Shown here piece by piece: positions 33,001 through 47,060 of a DNA stretch of 64,000 bases (positions are counted from its first letter, which is position 1; the number at the start of each line of letters is the position of its first letter). Origin of the DNA: Eledone cirrhosa (taxonomy: Eukaryota); assembly GCA_964016885.1 (NCBI GenBank), contig OZ024751.1:9796001-9860000 (forward strand), read 5' to 3'. Position numbers and translations under genes: made by a program. The notes beneath the pieces were generated by a model. It had not been told where the DNA came from, ran no database searches, and saw only the letters and a program-made list of their open reading frames with translations.

Positions 33001-34919
33001 GTCAGTAATGCTTAGTTTGTTTGTGATGATAATGTTTTTGAGAATTATGTTAGTCTTGTGTATTATCTTTTGGTTCTGTTTGGAGTTCTGGATCTTAGGG
33101 AGGGTGTCTCGTTCCCCCATGTCAGATTCTTTCATTTTCATCCATTCGATCATAATTTCATCCTTCAAGTTGGCAAGTTCATTCTCATTCATTTCTTTAT
33201 CATTTACGATCTCATTATTTTCATTTGGAGTTTCATCCTGAGCATGCACTCCCTCCACTTTTTCGCTCCTTTCTTTAATTTGTTCTGTTGCCAGTGATTC
33301 CGCCCCAACTCTGGGATTCGAAGTGTTACAGTTTACCTCGTTTTCACTGACACATGCTTCATTTTCCCTTCGCTGACTTTGTGCTACTAGCTTGATCTGA
33401 TCAATTTCTATATCAGTTAGTAACTTTTTTCTTACAATATTTCTTCGTATATTGGCTAGTTTGTTACTGTCAATATAGCCTCTGTTTTCGGGATGTTTCT
33501 TTTTCCAGTTGATATATGTTTGCTCTGTATTCGATGTATTTGATGGGTAGTACATGGCAGTGTAGAAAGCCTCAAGGACTTCTTTATTATCTTCCCTTGA
33601 CCATTTTTCTCTCTTTTTCTTTGGATTTCTTGGTGGTGAGCATGGAGGGCCAACAGTAGGAGTATTCCGGTTATGGGAGGTCTCCAGCTCCGAAGTGATG
33701 GGAAGGTTTGAACCATTAGCTGATTTTTCGACCCCAGTCTGGTTCCTCTCTGAGGGACGCGGCCCTTTTTTACCCGGGTGACGGCCGATCCGGTATGAGA
33801 TTTCATCATTAGACATCTACTTTATTTTGTCGCGTTTTATCCTTATCCGCCAAGGGGTAATCTTTTCGTGTTACCACTTCTAGAACGAGTGTCAACCAAG
33901 ACTAGAGGGGTCGTTCTCCCCTAGAGACATGGCTATTCCCCGCCGGCCGCCATCCCGGTATTTCTTGGTCACGAGGTTTTCTTTTTGTTGTTTTTTTTAA
34001 ATTGTTATTATCATGAGTGGTTCCTTAATGTGAGCATTGCGTGGCTTAAGAATGAAATTATTAATAATTGTCTCCACTCCAGGCACAAGGCCAGCAATCA
34101 CCCAGTGCATTACAATAATATAATATACTTTTTGTTGTAGTTGGCTGTTATTGCTGCTGGCTATGTCGGTGGTGGTGCCGGGGCTTTTTATATTGTTGGT
34201 GAGGAAGGGGTGAGCCAGCAGTCCCATAATTGTTGATGTAGACGTTTGTCCGTGGCAAGGTCACCAAGTCAATCTATTTATATCTTTTGCTAGCCTCTCT
34301 CTTGTCTAGTGCTACCACCACCTTCCCTTTTCTCTCTCAAGTTAACAGGGGAATAGTGTCAGTAGCATTGAATGAGTGGTGGCGGTGATGATGGATGTGG
34401 TGGGGTGGTGGCAGCGGTGGTGTTGTGGTTACTGATATAGTATCTATGAGTTTGTGTTCGTATGTTTAATATATATTTTCATTATATTTTGTGTTGACAT
34501 ATTCCCGTAAAATTTGAATTAAACATTTTTTAAAATTTGAGACAATAATAATAGTAATTATTATTATGATGCCGGTGAAGTTGCCGTTATATTTAGTGTG
34601 ATGGGATAGGTAGTGTATCAAGTTTCTGGTGTTGGTGAAATTGAAATTGCCGCTGTTCTATATAGTGTAGACAGAGGGTGTTTTGTTCCATTTATAACCA
34701 TTTTCTTTTTTTGAATACAAAATATATAATACAAAATTGAATATTTGAGCGATACAACAATATAATATGGATCCGAAACTTTATGGGACCTCATTTGGTG
34801 CCTTTATGCAACATTTGTGCTAAGAATTGTTCTTTCACAATTGATTTAAATATGTTAAAAATCAAAAAACTTACGGGAGCAATTTCGTGACGTTCTACCA
34901 CCTCGTGCGTCTTCTTCCC
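30052..34919 (-). mobile_element. Dong family B, full-length copy B2 embedded in (TAA/TGA)n (29870-30051 and 34920-35060)
   Basis: 5' end GGGAAGAAGACGCACGAGG, ~1.1 kb 5' UTR, RT/CCHC/RLE ORF pieces, 3' UTR matching 9490-9632. Confidence 0.92.
30192..33816 (-). pseudogene. Dong B polyprotein (RT, CCHC, RLE) with about four frameshifts
   Basis: ORFs 32542-33816, 30887-32533, 30408-30875 and 30192-30404 join into one protein: WIDYKKAFD, LFYMDD, CRVCKKQPETIDHIISMC, RPD. Confidence 0.9.
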
Positions 34920-34925
34920 TTATTC

Positions 34926-34986
<61 letters not shown>

Positions 34987-35019
34987 CATCATCATCATCA
35001 ATATTATCATTATTATTAC

Positions 35020-35059
<40 letters not shown>

Positions 35060-35932
35060 GCTATCTGTTCCTTTCTTCCTTTCCAACAATATAACCAACT
35101 TATATAATGATATTTTCGTCGTTACGCTTCCATTTGAAATAAAGCTAATCGTTCGATTTGTTGCTGATGAGTTTTTCTTTTTTTTCCTTTCCTTTTTTCG
35201 AATGTAAAGGAATCATAGAATTGTTGCGTATCTCCTGTGACCGTAGGGTTAAGCTGATAAGTGGCATATCTTCGATTGAACATTACATTACTATGTTAGT
35301 TGTTTGGTTTTTTTTTCTTGCTTGGGGGAATTGAATTTATCAGAGTTAGCCAACGAAATAATTGATCATATAACTTACAGAACATGAACCAAGTAAAAAT
35401 TAAATTCGCAAAATCGACTTCTGTTCTCGAAACTGTTGACTCACTGGATAGATCCCAGTTAATCCATCAACAGGTACATGTACGTAAATTCACTGAACCG
35501 TTAAGAGCTATGTATGATAAAAATTATTTCACATAGGTCAATATCGATCATGCAGACCAGAAGACCAATGATCAGCAAAACACTCTAGCCAACTATTCCG
35601 TCTTTGTGTATATCTAGGACTTCATTTACCAAAGAACATTTAGAACATTTTCTACTTTAACATGACTATCTCAATAAAAAGTGAAACTCGGTAGAGTTTT
35701 ATGATTAAAATATAAACCTGACATGGACAATTTCTTTCGAGCAGTGGGTTGCATAGGACGTAGCTCATTATAAGGCAAGGAGAACTACTAAAAAATTCAA
35801 GGCAATTTTGAAATTAGGCGTGCCATTCAGAAAGCAAAACGGACCCATCATTGATGGAAACATTCCACATTTGTTACATAATTTTCTAGGTATTTTGTTC
35901 TCATATTATCAACATAAGTATGGAATATGTGA

Positions 35933-36176
<244 letters not shown>

Positions 36177-36194
36177 CTCTACGGTTTTTATATA

Positions 36195-36336
<142 letters not shown>

Positions 36337-36339
36337 CAA

Positions 36340-36580
36340 TGTAACGGGAGGAAACAATAGCACCACTGACGATGTTGTAGATGTGCAACGAAAGATTTAT
36401 GATAAACTATATATATGTGTTTGTGTCTATATTGTATCTGTATTATTTTTGACCGTCGGTCAGTCAATGGCAACATTGAGGACCGAATAAATTAGATTAC
36501 CGATATAAAAGACACAGAAGCGAAAAGCGAAAACCAACCAAGCAGTGAGTGTGTTCTGTTATTAATTCTGCCAATATTAC
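36340..36580 (+). mobile_element. Solo pLTR with HHR (36361-36401) of the 59270-62130 PLE family
   Basis: CTGACGA-T-GTTGTA/GATG/TGCAAC-GAAA-GATT-TA; homologous to the reverse complement of 59270-59495. Confidence 0.7.
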
Positions 36581-36893
36581 ACAAATATGACCCTCCCCAA
36601 GTATAACAATATATATATATATATAAGCAAAAGGGATATTCAATTTGTTGGTAATTCAACAAATATAAATGTTTATAACTGATTCAGAGCACTCGACAAG
36701 TTTTCTGGAGTATAATATTCAATGATATTAAATAAATGGAAACTATATTTATAAAACGTGCACGTTAAAGTATTATCTCTGCGAGTTCGTTGTCAGTGAT
36801 GATCATGTTTCGCGACCTATGTCTCCGATTCCAACGGTGGTTTACACACACGCACATGCACATGCACACGCACACACACACAAACTCACACAG

Positions 36894-36971
<78 letters not shown>

Positions 36972-37159
36972 ACACACACATATATATACACACACATGAA
37001 CACTCACACACACACATATATATACACATAAACACACACAAACATGCACACACACACACACTGTAAACAAGACAATGCACTCAATACAGACGTTTTCTCT
37101 TCTGCCGGTCTTCTCTTATCATTTGTTAACTTTGGCGAAGCTGGATACCTCAGCTAGTA

Positions 37160-37835
37160 TATTATGTTTTCAACAGTAATATTATGCTATACTATACATT
37201 TTCAACAGTAATAATATGCTATACTATATATTTTCAACAGTAATACCGTACTATATATTTTCAACAGTAATACTATACTATACTATACTATACTACACTA
37301 TACTATACTATACTATATATTTTCAACAGTAATACCGTACTATATATTTTCAACAGTAATACTGTACTGTACTATATATTTTCAACAGTCATACTATATA
37401 TTTTCAACAGTAATACTCTACTATACTATATATTTTCAACAGTAATACTCTACTATACTATATATTTTCAACAGTAATACTATACTATACTATACTATAT
37501 ATTTTCAACAGTAATACTATACTAGACTATACTATATATTTTCAACAGTAATACTATACAATACTATATATTTTCAACAATAATACTATACTATATATTT
37601 TCAACTGCAATACTATACTATGCTATTTATTTTCAACAGTAATACTGTACTATACTATATATTTTCAACTATAATACTGTACTATACTATATATTTTCAA
37701 CAGTAATACTATACTATACTATATGTTTTCAACAGTAATACTATACTATATGTTTTCAACAGTAATACTGTACTATATATTTTCAACAGTAATACTATAC
37801 TATATATTTTCAACAGCAATTCTATACTACATAGA
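37160..37835. repeat. Variable-length minisatellite (TTTTCAACAGTAATAC plus (TATAC)n), about 22 units
   Basis: Direct reading. Confidence 0.9.
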
Positions 37836-38397
37836 CAGCTTATCATCTGTTTATCCAAACGAAGCTAGGTACGTCAGCTATATATACATATACACATCTG
37901 GATGCCGTAGAACACGCCAATGGTAGCCGGGTGACAGCCAGACGGGACAGCTAGTATATTAATATATATATATATTGTATAAAAAAACAAATGGGACTAG
38001 ATTGTTTGAACACCTGTCAGAGTTATTCCCCCTGCTCTGAGATAATAACAGCACATGCAAGTAGGAGAAGAATGAACTCTGATGTTAATTTAACCGTGAA
38101 ACCCCTAATGGGTCCTGTATTGATCATTTTTTTGTTTTCCATGCCCTTCATAAGCCCATTTCGGGCAAAAGGTACGTAGGCGCACTGTTATATAAACATG
38201 TTCTAACGGTTTTAAACTCCTTGTATTCATTTCTTTTATAATCGCTCTGCTTATTTTTTCTCGCCCACTAAATATTGACGCTTCTGTAGGCACGAGTATT
38301 GAGCACATATACATATACTATTGGCAACTAAATATATGTATCGCCTATCTTTCCTTTTTTCTCTCTCTCGATATTTAAACATTCTCTATATATATAT

Positions 38398-40255
38398 AGG
38401 AACGAGTAGGACCCCGACGGCTGAGCTCAAGCCGTTTCGACGGCTAATTCTGGACTAAATGAAAAATTTATCCTGGAATTTGAATAGCCGAGCTTCTCAA
38501 GGGGTAATTCCATATATGGTAGAAGTGATTGTCACAAGGATTGGTCAAAAGTTTATTGTTGAGACATAATAATTCTATCATGGCAATTTGTGGAGGGAAG
38601 GGGTAGAAGAACCTGCCAGTAGGAGAAAGAGGGAGAGGGGTGGAGGAGACCCAGTCATGCATTGATAGTGCCGACTACAGCTGGGCATGAGGTCAAAGAG
38701 GATACTAGGGAGGGGGAGGGGGAGGAAGTCGAAACAATAAGTAAAACAATATGGGGTAAAAATATAGAAAAATACCGAGAGTGTTAAAAAGCAATTAAAT
38801 GTAAAAAAAAATAAACAATTTCTGGTTACTACGACCTAAGGACTGCTATCAAGTCTCTCACTTGTACTGCTAGGCTAAAGAAAGGTTTACTAGGTGGGAT
38901 GGAATTATAATGAGACCCTTTTAAGAGGTATAAGTAATAAACCGAGTGTATCTTACGGTGACGGGTCAACAAGTGAGGGGCCAAAATACTAAAGAAACTA
39001 CCACGAAATAATAAATAAAGGTTTCTACCCCAGGCACAAGACCAGAAACCACCCAGTGCAAAAAAATAAACTAATACGAATAATAATTCAGAATCCAGAA
39101 AAAGAATACTAATACTATCTCTAAGGGTGCCGCCACGATACAAAAATTCTAGTGCAAACTACATAAATGCTCGTACGAAGTATATGTAAAATTTGATACG
39201 GAAAATTAATTCAGAATCCCCCCCCCCCCCAACCCCCAAAAATAATAAATACTGATATACGAGAAATTAAAGCAAAGATACCACTAAGAAATATAGAAAG
39301 CACGGAAAAGGGGCAGCGATCGGATAAGAAGGCAAGTATCCGGGGTCTAACACATCTGCTATAAAAAGCGGTGTCGGCCAAATCTATCATAGAATAGGGG
39401 AAGGGGTGGGGGGTACTGAGGCTACAAAGGAACGAGGGGCTGCCTCGGGTGGGCGAGAAAATGAAAAGGACGACGACAAAGAAAGAGGACTGGGGTGGAA
39501 GGACTAGGGAGGGATGGGGGGAAGAAGGAAATATAGAGGAAGCGATAAAAAGATATAAAAGAAGATCTTACGTCTACCTTTGCAAGCGGGGTTACCCGTT
39601 ACAAAATCGGCAGGTGGGGTGTTATAGCCCTAGTCTACCCTCCCGGGTCATTATGGGGTTTGAGGGCGAGGTAAGTCCTGCGCAATCTGTGTTTACATGC
39701 AGTAACCAGTTCATCTTTCATGTTTAGGAGTTGGTCCGTCGAAAACAGCATTTTTAAAGTTTCCTCCGAGCATAAATTGCACGGGCGGCGTCCTCCCGTA
39801 TAAGAGTTGGCTCTGAACAGTAAGCTCCAAGTGAGATCATAGGTAATGTTGTTATCCTTGAGGTCCCATATGTGGCCCGAAAGTGTAGTGGCGTGACGCC
39901 GGGTCGGGTTTCGGAAGGTATGTCTGTGTTGGTATAGCCGGGTCTTGAAGTCACATGCGGTTAATCCTATATAAGCTTTGTTGGAGGTGTCCGTCCTCAC
40001 GTTGCACTGGTAGATCACATTACGATCTCTGCTTCTGTTGTCGAGGGGGAAAATGGATCCATCAGGACAGTTGCACCTCCTGGTCGGCTCTCCACTGCTA
40101 TTTAGGTTATTTCTTCCATAGGGGTTGAGTTTTTTGTTGTTAGAGGAGACGATGTTTTGTGCGAAGTTTGGTGTGGTGCTGTAAGAGAGTTTGATGGTAT
40201 TTTTGTTAATTATGTTGTGGTAGCGGTGTTGTAGTGGGAAGTGTTTTTCAATGAG
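38398..40255 (-). mobile_element. 5'-truncated PLE (Naiad-like): GIY-YIG 39635-40250, long 3' UTR/pLTR
   Basis: KLSYSTTPN..RCNCP..IYQC..AYIGLT..FKTRLYQH..CNLC..ACKH; terminal HHR. Confidence 0.82.
38411..38505 (-). ncRNA. Type I HHR, U3-A8 core variant, GUC cleavage site
   Basis: ACCCC-TTGAGAA-G..CGGCTA/TAGCCG..C-GAAA-CGGCT/AGCCG-TC-GGGGT. Confidence 0.78.
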
Positions 40256-40269
40256 CCTATATATATATG

Positions 40270-40530
40270 AAGTATTTCCGTAGGAAATGTAAAGAGATGG
40301 AGGGTGCTCTATGTATACTACAGAGCTATTTAATTATGTAATAAACAACATAAGACAATTATTCCATTTACCAAAGGTTTCACGAAGGCAGACGAGCCCA
40401 AAAGAGACGTCTGAAATCGATTATCAGAATGAAAATTTAATATAGACGTAAGATATGAATTTAAAAACAAAGGCTATTACAATTGAAAGCGAGGCTGATA
40501 GATAATAAAATAAAGATAAGAAATAATATA
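40270..40530 (-). mobile_element. Solo pLTR (17314 family) with decayed HHR (core CTGATAA)
   Basis: Reverse complement homologous to 46680-46885 and 21120-21386. Confidence 0.75.
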
Positions 40531-40589
40531 AAATAACTGTTAAATACTTCCTCCGTTATATCCCTTATATTCTCGTATAATAATATACG

Positions 40590-42380
40590 AGAGAAAAGTT
40601 TAGATTTACCCAATTTGATATTGTAGATTTCTACCCCTCTATTACTGGACCCTTATTAACTAAAGCTTTATAATTCGCTAGACAATTTATTAATATATCC
40701 AATTTAGATGAGGATGGTATTTTACACGCTGGGAAAACGCTACTTTTCGCTAAAGAAGAAACATTGGTTAAAAAATCAAACCCAGAAAACCCTTTTGACG
40801 TCTCTCTAGCTTCGTTTGACAGTGCCGACGTGTGCGATTTAGTTGGATTATTCCTCCTCCACACTCTTAAAGTAAAATTTCCCGACCATACTATCTGCTT
40901 ATACCGAGACGATGGATTGGCTGTCTCTCATACCAACAACGGCCATAACCTCGACAAATTCTGTAAAGATTTAATTAATAACTTTTCTAACCTAAACCTC
41001 AAAATTACTATAGATACTAACCTAACTAATACTAACTTCCTCGACATCAATATTGACCTATTTACTGCCTCTTTCAAACCCTACCATAAAGCTAACGAAA
41101 ATTTAAAATATATACACAAAGAGTCTTGCCATCCTCCTATTGTAATTAAAAACCTTATTCCTAATATTAGTCGTAGGATCTCTACTTATGTAGACATTTT
41201 TAATAAAGCAGCCCCTCATTATAATAAGGCCCTTAAAAATAGTGGTTTCAGCGAACAAATCGAATATATACCCACTCATCCTACTACCACTAAACACAAA
41301 ATTAGGAAAAGAAAAATAATATGGTTTACTCCACCTTTCTCTTTAACAGTTAAAACTAACATTGGAAAAAAATTCGTTGAACTTCTAGAAAAACATTTTC
41401 CCCAACAACGTAGATATAATAAGATATTTAATAGAAATTTAGTTAAAATTGGCTACTTTTGCTGCCCATCCATGAAATCTAAAATTACCAACATGAGTAT
41501 CAATAAATGAAATCCGGGATGTAGTTGCAGAAAAGCTGAAGAATGCCCTTTACAGGGAAAATGCAATACGAAATCAATCGTATACGAGGCTAAAGTAACA
41601 CCTATTGTGAATAACCAACGAGCCATGAGTGAGCGATATGTGGGTATGACGCAAGATAGATTCAAAATCAGATACTACGCACATGTCGCTTCCTTCAAAC
41701 ACCCAGACAAAAGAACAACTACAGCGCTGGCAAATAAAGTGTGGGAGTTAAATGAACGTAAGATTCCATATTTGATTGATTGATCCATTTTAGACTACTC
41801 AAAAGAATACCAGAAAGGCTCAAAGAAATGTTCTTTCTGTATAACCAAAAAATACAGAATCTTGCAAAATATGAAATCTGCTAATACTTGCCTCAATTCT
41901 AAAACTGGATTCATCAGAAGTTGTCCACACATGAAATCACATCTTCTTTCCAGCTGGTATAATATACCTTTGGACACTCAACTACCCTAAACTTTCTCAT
42001 TTTACAAATTAACTCTTCCACTCATTACCCTGATCTCTTTATGAACATATACATTTAACTACAACCATTACACACAATAAACACCCACTTATTTATTTTA
42101 ATTATATCCCCCTCCACTTTTTTTTATACCTTTAACACACACATACCGACCAGTTTCATTCTTTCCACCCTTCATAACCTATTAGAGACTTAAAACACTT
42201 CTTCCTTTTTAACATTTAGCCTACCTTTATCTACAACCAAAAACACTCACTTATTCACTTTAATCACATATCCTTTGTCATACCCTTAACACACACACTC
42301 TGACTATCCTCATTACTCTATCATAGCCCTTTTCTTTTTTCCTAATAGTTGTACTATTGTTCTACATACACCTTTACATT
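40590..42380 (+). mobile_element. PLE (Naiad-like) RT plus GIY-YIG pseudogene and 3' UTR
   Basis: FDIVDFYPSI, FDSADVCDLVG, LYRDDGL, RKRKIIWFTPPFS, CSCRKAEECPLQGKC..IVYEA..YVGMT. Confidence 0.88.
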
Positions 42381-42382
42381 TC

Positions 42383-42575
42383 GTGGATTGGCTGTATCGG
42401 TAGAGGGTAGGACGCCATGCTTTGCAGCAAAGAGTTACGGCCCTTTATGGTCTGAGTTCAAATCCTGCCGAGGTTAACTTTGCCTTTCACCCTTACGGGG
42501 TCGATAAAATAAAGTACCAGTAATGTACTTGCTGTATTTGCTGGCCTTGTGCCAAAAGTAGAAACAATTATTATA
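42383..42575 (+). mobile_element. tRNA-derived SINE
   Basis: Same family as 10790. Confidence 0.87.
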
Positions 42576-42814
42576 ATAACAGGAACTCCAATTCTATCTT
42601 TCAGATAATATATTCATAGATATATATGGTTATATGCCTGTTTATGTATGTATTTATGTATGTGTTTATGAATAATTGTGTGTATTCTTGTATTTATATG
42701 TGTATATGTATAATTATAATTATATATGTGTGTATGTATGTGTATGTCTATGTATGTGTGTGCATATGTTTTGCATCTACATATGTGTGCATGAGTGTAT
42801 AAACGTGTGTATAT

Positions 42815-43827
<1,013 letters not shown>

Positions 43828-43831
<4 letters not shown>

Positions 43832-44250
43832 ATATTAATAAATGGAAACTATATTTATAAAACCATAATTATTTTATTATATATATTTCAAGGGCACCCA
43901 AGGCAAATTTTGGTGCGCTTTCATCAGATAAAATACAAATTTGTTTTATAAATAAATATTGACATACCCGTATAAAAACAACCTTAACGGTTGAGGTTCG
44001 TTGAGGTTGTCTTTATGCGGGTATGTCAATATTTATTTATAAAAAAAATTGTATTTTATTTGATGAAAGCGCACCAAAATTTGCCTTGGGTGCCCTTGAA
44101 ATATATATAATAAAATAATTATGGTTTTATAAATATAGTTTCCATTTATTAATATTTTGAATATTTTTATCCACAAAACTGTTGAGTGCTTTATATCAGT
44201 TATAAAAATGTTTAAGCTTGTTGAATCCCAACAAATTAAATATAACTTCT
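43828..44250. mobile_element. Solo pLTR fold-back with HHR pair (minus 43870-43935 intact, plus 44052-44117 with C3U only)
   Basis: Near-perfect palindrome centred at ~43995. Confidence 0.82.
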
Positions 44251-44252
44251 GC

Positions 44253-44345
<93 letters not shown>

Positions 44346-44658
44346 TGTATCCCTATTTGTATATGTGTGTATCCCTATTTGTATATGTGTGTGTGCGTGT
44401 AGATATTTATCTACGTATATGTTATAGTGTATATAATTTTATATATTTACTTTTTTTAGCTATGTATATACACATTTTTCCTATTATATGCATTTCCATA
44501 CTTCTATATCTGCGTACATGCGTACATGCATATGTATATTTATGTATGTACGAATATAGGTATATATATATATATATACAAATATATATGTGTGTATGCA
44601 TGTATATGTGTGTATATATATAAGGAAGTTTAGTAATATATATATTTATGTATGTATG

Positions 44659-44712
<54 letters not shown>

Positions 44713-44812
44713 TTAGAACCCTGTAACCATTAAGCTCTAAGTTTTTCAACCCTTGTAATTTTAGACACACGGTTTACTGTGTTTCTTACTATATATTGTA
44801 TATATATATATA

Positions 44813-44869
<57 letters not shown>

Positions 44870-45027
44870 GTGCATGTGTATATATATGTGTGTATATATG
44901 CCCATGTATATGTGTGTGCGTGTTTATATATAAATACTTTCTTGTCCGTATTTCTCATCTCTATATTCTATAAAGTTTATATACGCATATATATGTGCCC
45001 GGAATATTGTTTGCATTTCAATATTTT

Positions 45028-45202
45028 TGGCAGTATCGGTAGAGGGTCGGACGCCATGCTTTCCAGCATACTTACGTCCCTTTACGATCTGAGTTCAAAT
45101 CCCGCCGAGGTTGACTTTGCCTTTCATCCTTACGGGGGTCGATAAAATAAAGTACCAGTAATGAACTGGGTTATTGCTGGCCTTGTGCCTAAAGTAGAAA
45201 CA
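45028..45202 (+). mobile_element. tRNA-derived SINE with target-site duplication AATATTTTTG
   Basis: SINE motifs; direct repeat at 45020-45029 and 45203-45212. Confidence 0.87.
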
Positions 45203-45483
45203 AATATTTTTGTCTAATTAATTTATCTTTCTGATACGATTTTATAAATGCGTCTGTATATATGTACGTATTACTTTTTATGTGTGTGTGTGTGTATATA
45301 TTGAGTGTATGTATGTGTGTACATATATATGTGTATCTATTTATATATGTATATATATATATATGTGTGTGTGTGCATGTATATATATGTATGCACGTGT
45401 ATGTATGTATGTTTGTATATATGTGTGCGTATGTATGTATATATATACACATGTGTGCGTATGTCTGTATGTATGTCTATGTA

Positions 45484-45535
<52 letters not shown>

Positions 45536-45757
45536 TTAGAGCAAACATCACGGGCGCTCTATCTCAAAATTATTTTTGAAAAGCATTAGAAATGCGCAAC
45601 CGGTAAAAACTTAAAACCAAAACTGAATACTAACCAATACTTATTACTAATTTTTACTTATTCCTAATTAAACTATTTTTCACTGGGAACAATTTGTCAG
45701 CATTTTCTTTTCCTTTTACCAATATATCATAACTCGTGTGTTACACCTCTATTCTTT

Positions 45758-45802
<45 letters not shown>

Positions 45803-45837
45803 TTGAAAATTGCAAACTCGACTGTCACCACATATCA

Positions 45838-45876
45838 TGAACCTGAAGATTGCGAAAGCATGAAAGTACTTGTTCA
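45838..45876 (+). ncRNA. Minimal type I HHR in a solo pLTR
   Basis: TGAAC-CTGAAGA-T-TGC/GAAA/GCA-T-GAAA-GTAC-TT-GTTCA. Confidence 0.75.
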
Positions 45877-46115
45877 ATTAACACTTAGAATTTAATATTC
45901 TATCATACTATTTCATTATAATACCATTATATATTTTAAAGGATTGTAAATAAAACGAGTAAATCAGACAAAGTTGGAATTCCTCTTATTAATATATATA
46001 TATATATATACATATGTGTGTATGTTTGTATGTATGTCTATGTACGTGTATTTATATATATATATGTATATATATATATAAATACACGTACATAGACATA
46101 CATACGTACATAGAC

Positions 46116-46189
<74 letters not shown>

Positions 46190-46679
46190 ATATATTTTCA
46201 TTTACATACTCTTATGTAATTTTATGTATTTTTTTGTACGCCAATGTGTTTATGTACGAGTTGCGCGTGAGTGCGTGTGTTTGTATTTAGACCTTACTAT
46301 TTGTTTGTTACTTTTCTCGGCTGTCTGGTCAGTTGGATGCATATATTAAATCAATTACCCAAAATGCGCTTATGTTCGTATGTATATATACTCACGCATG
46401 TATATATGTATGTATGTGTATGTATGTGTATGTATGCATATATGTATGTATGTATATATATATATATATATATGTATATGCGTATGTGTGTATGTGTGTA
46501 TGTATGTGTGTATGTGTGTGTATGTACGTATGTTTGTGTGTATGTATGGGTGTGAGTATATGTATATATGTGTGTGGATAGGTATATATATATATATGTA
46601 TGTGTGTATATATATGTGTGTATTTTTATTTTTACCCCATAACCTTGCGTTCTGATTCAGTGTGTATATTTTTCCCGTT

Positions 46680-47060
<381 letters not shown>

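Noticed and set aside
41500-41800. In-frame TGA codons in a Naiad-like PLE read as selenocysteine
   Set aside because: The TGAs at 41508 and ~41781 are not at conserved Cys positions (one replaces Trp), and the linker cysteines use TGT/TGC; decay is the simpler explanation
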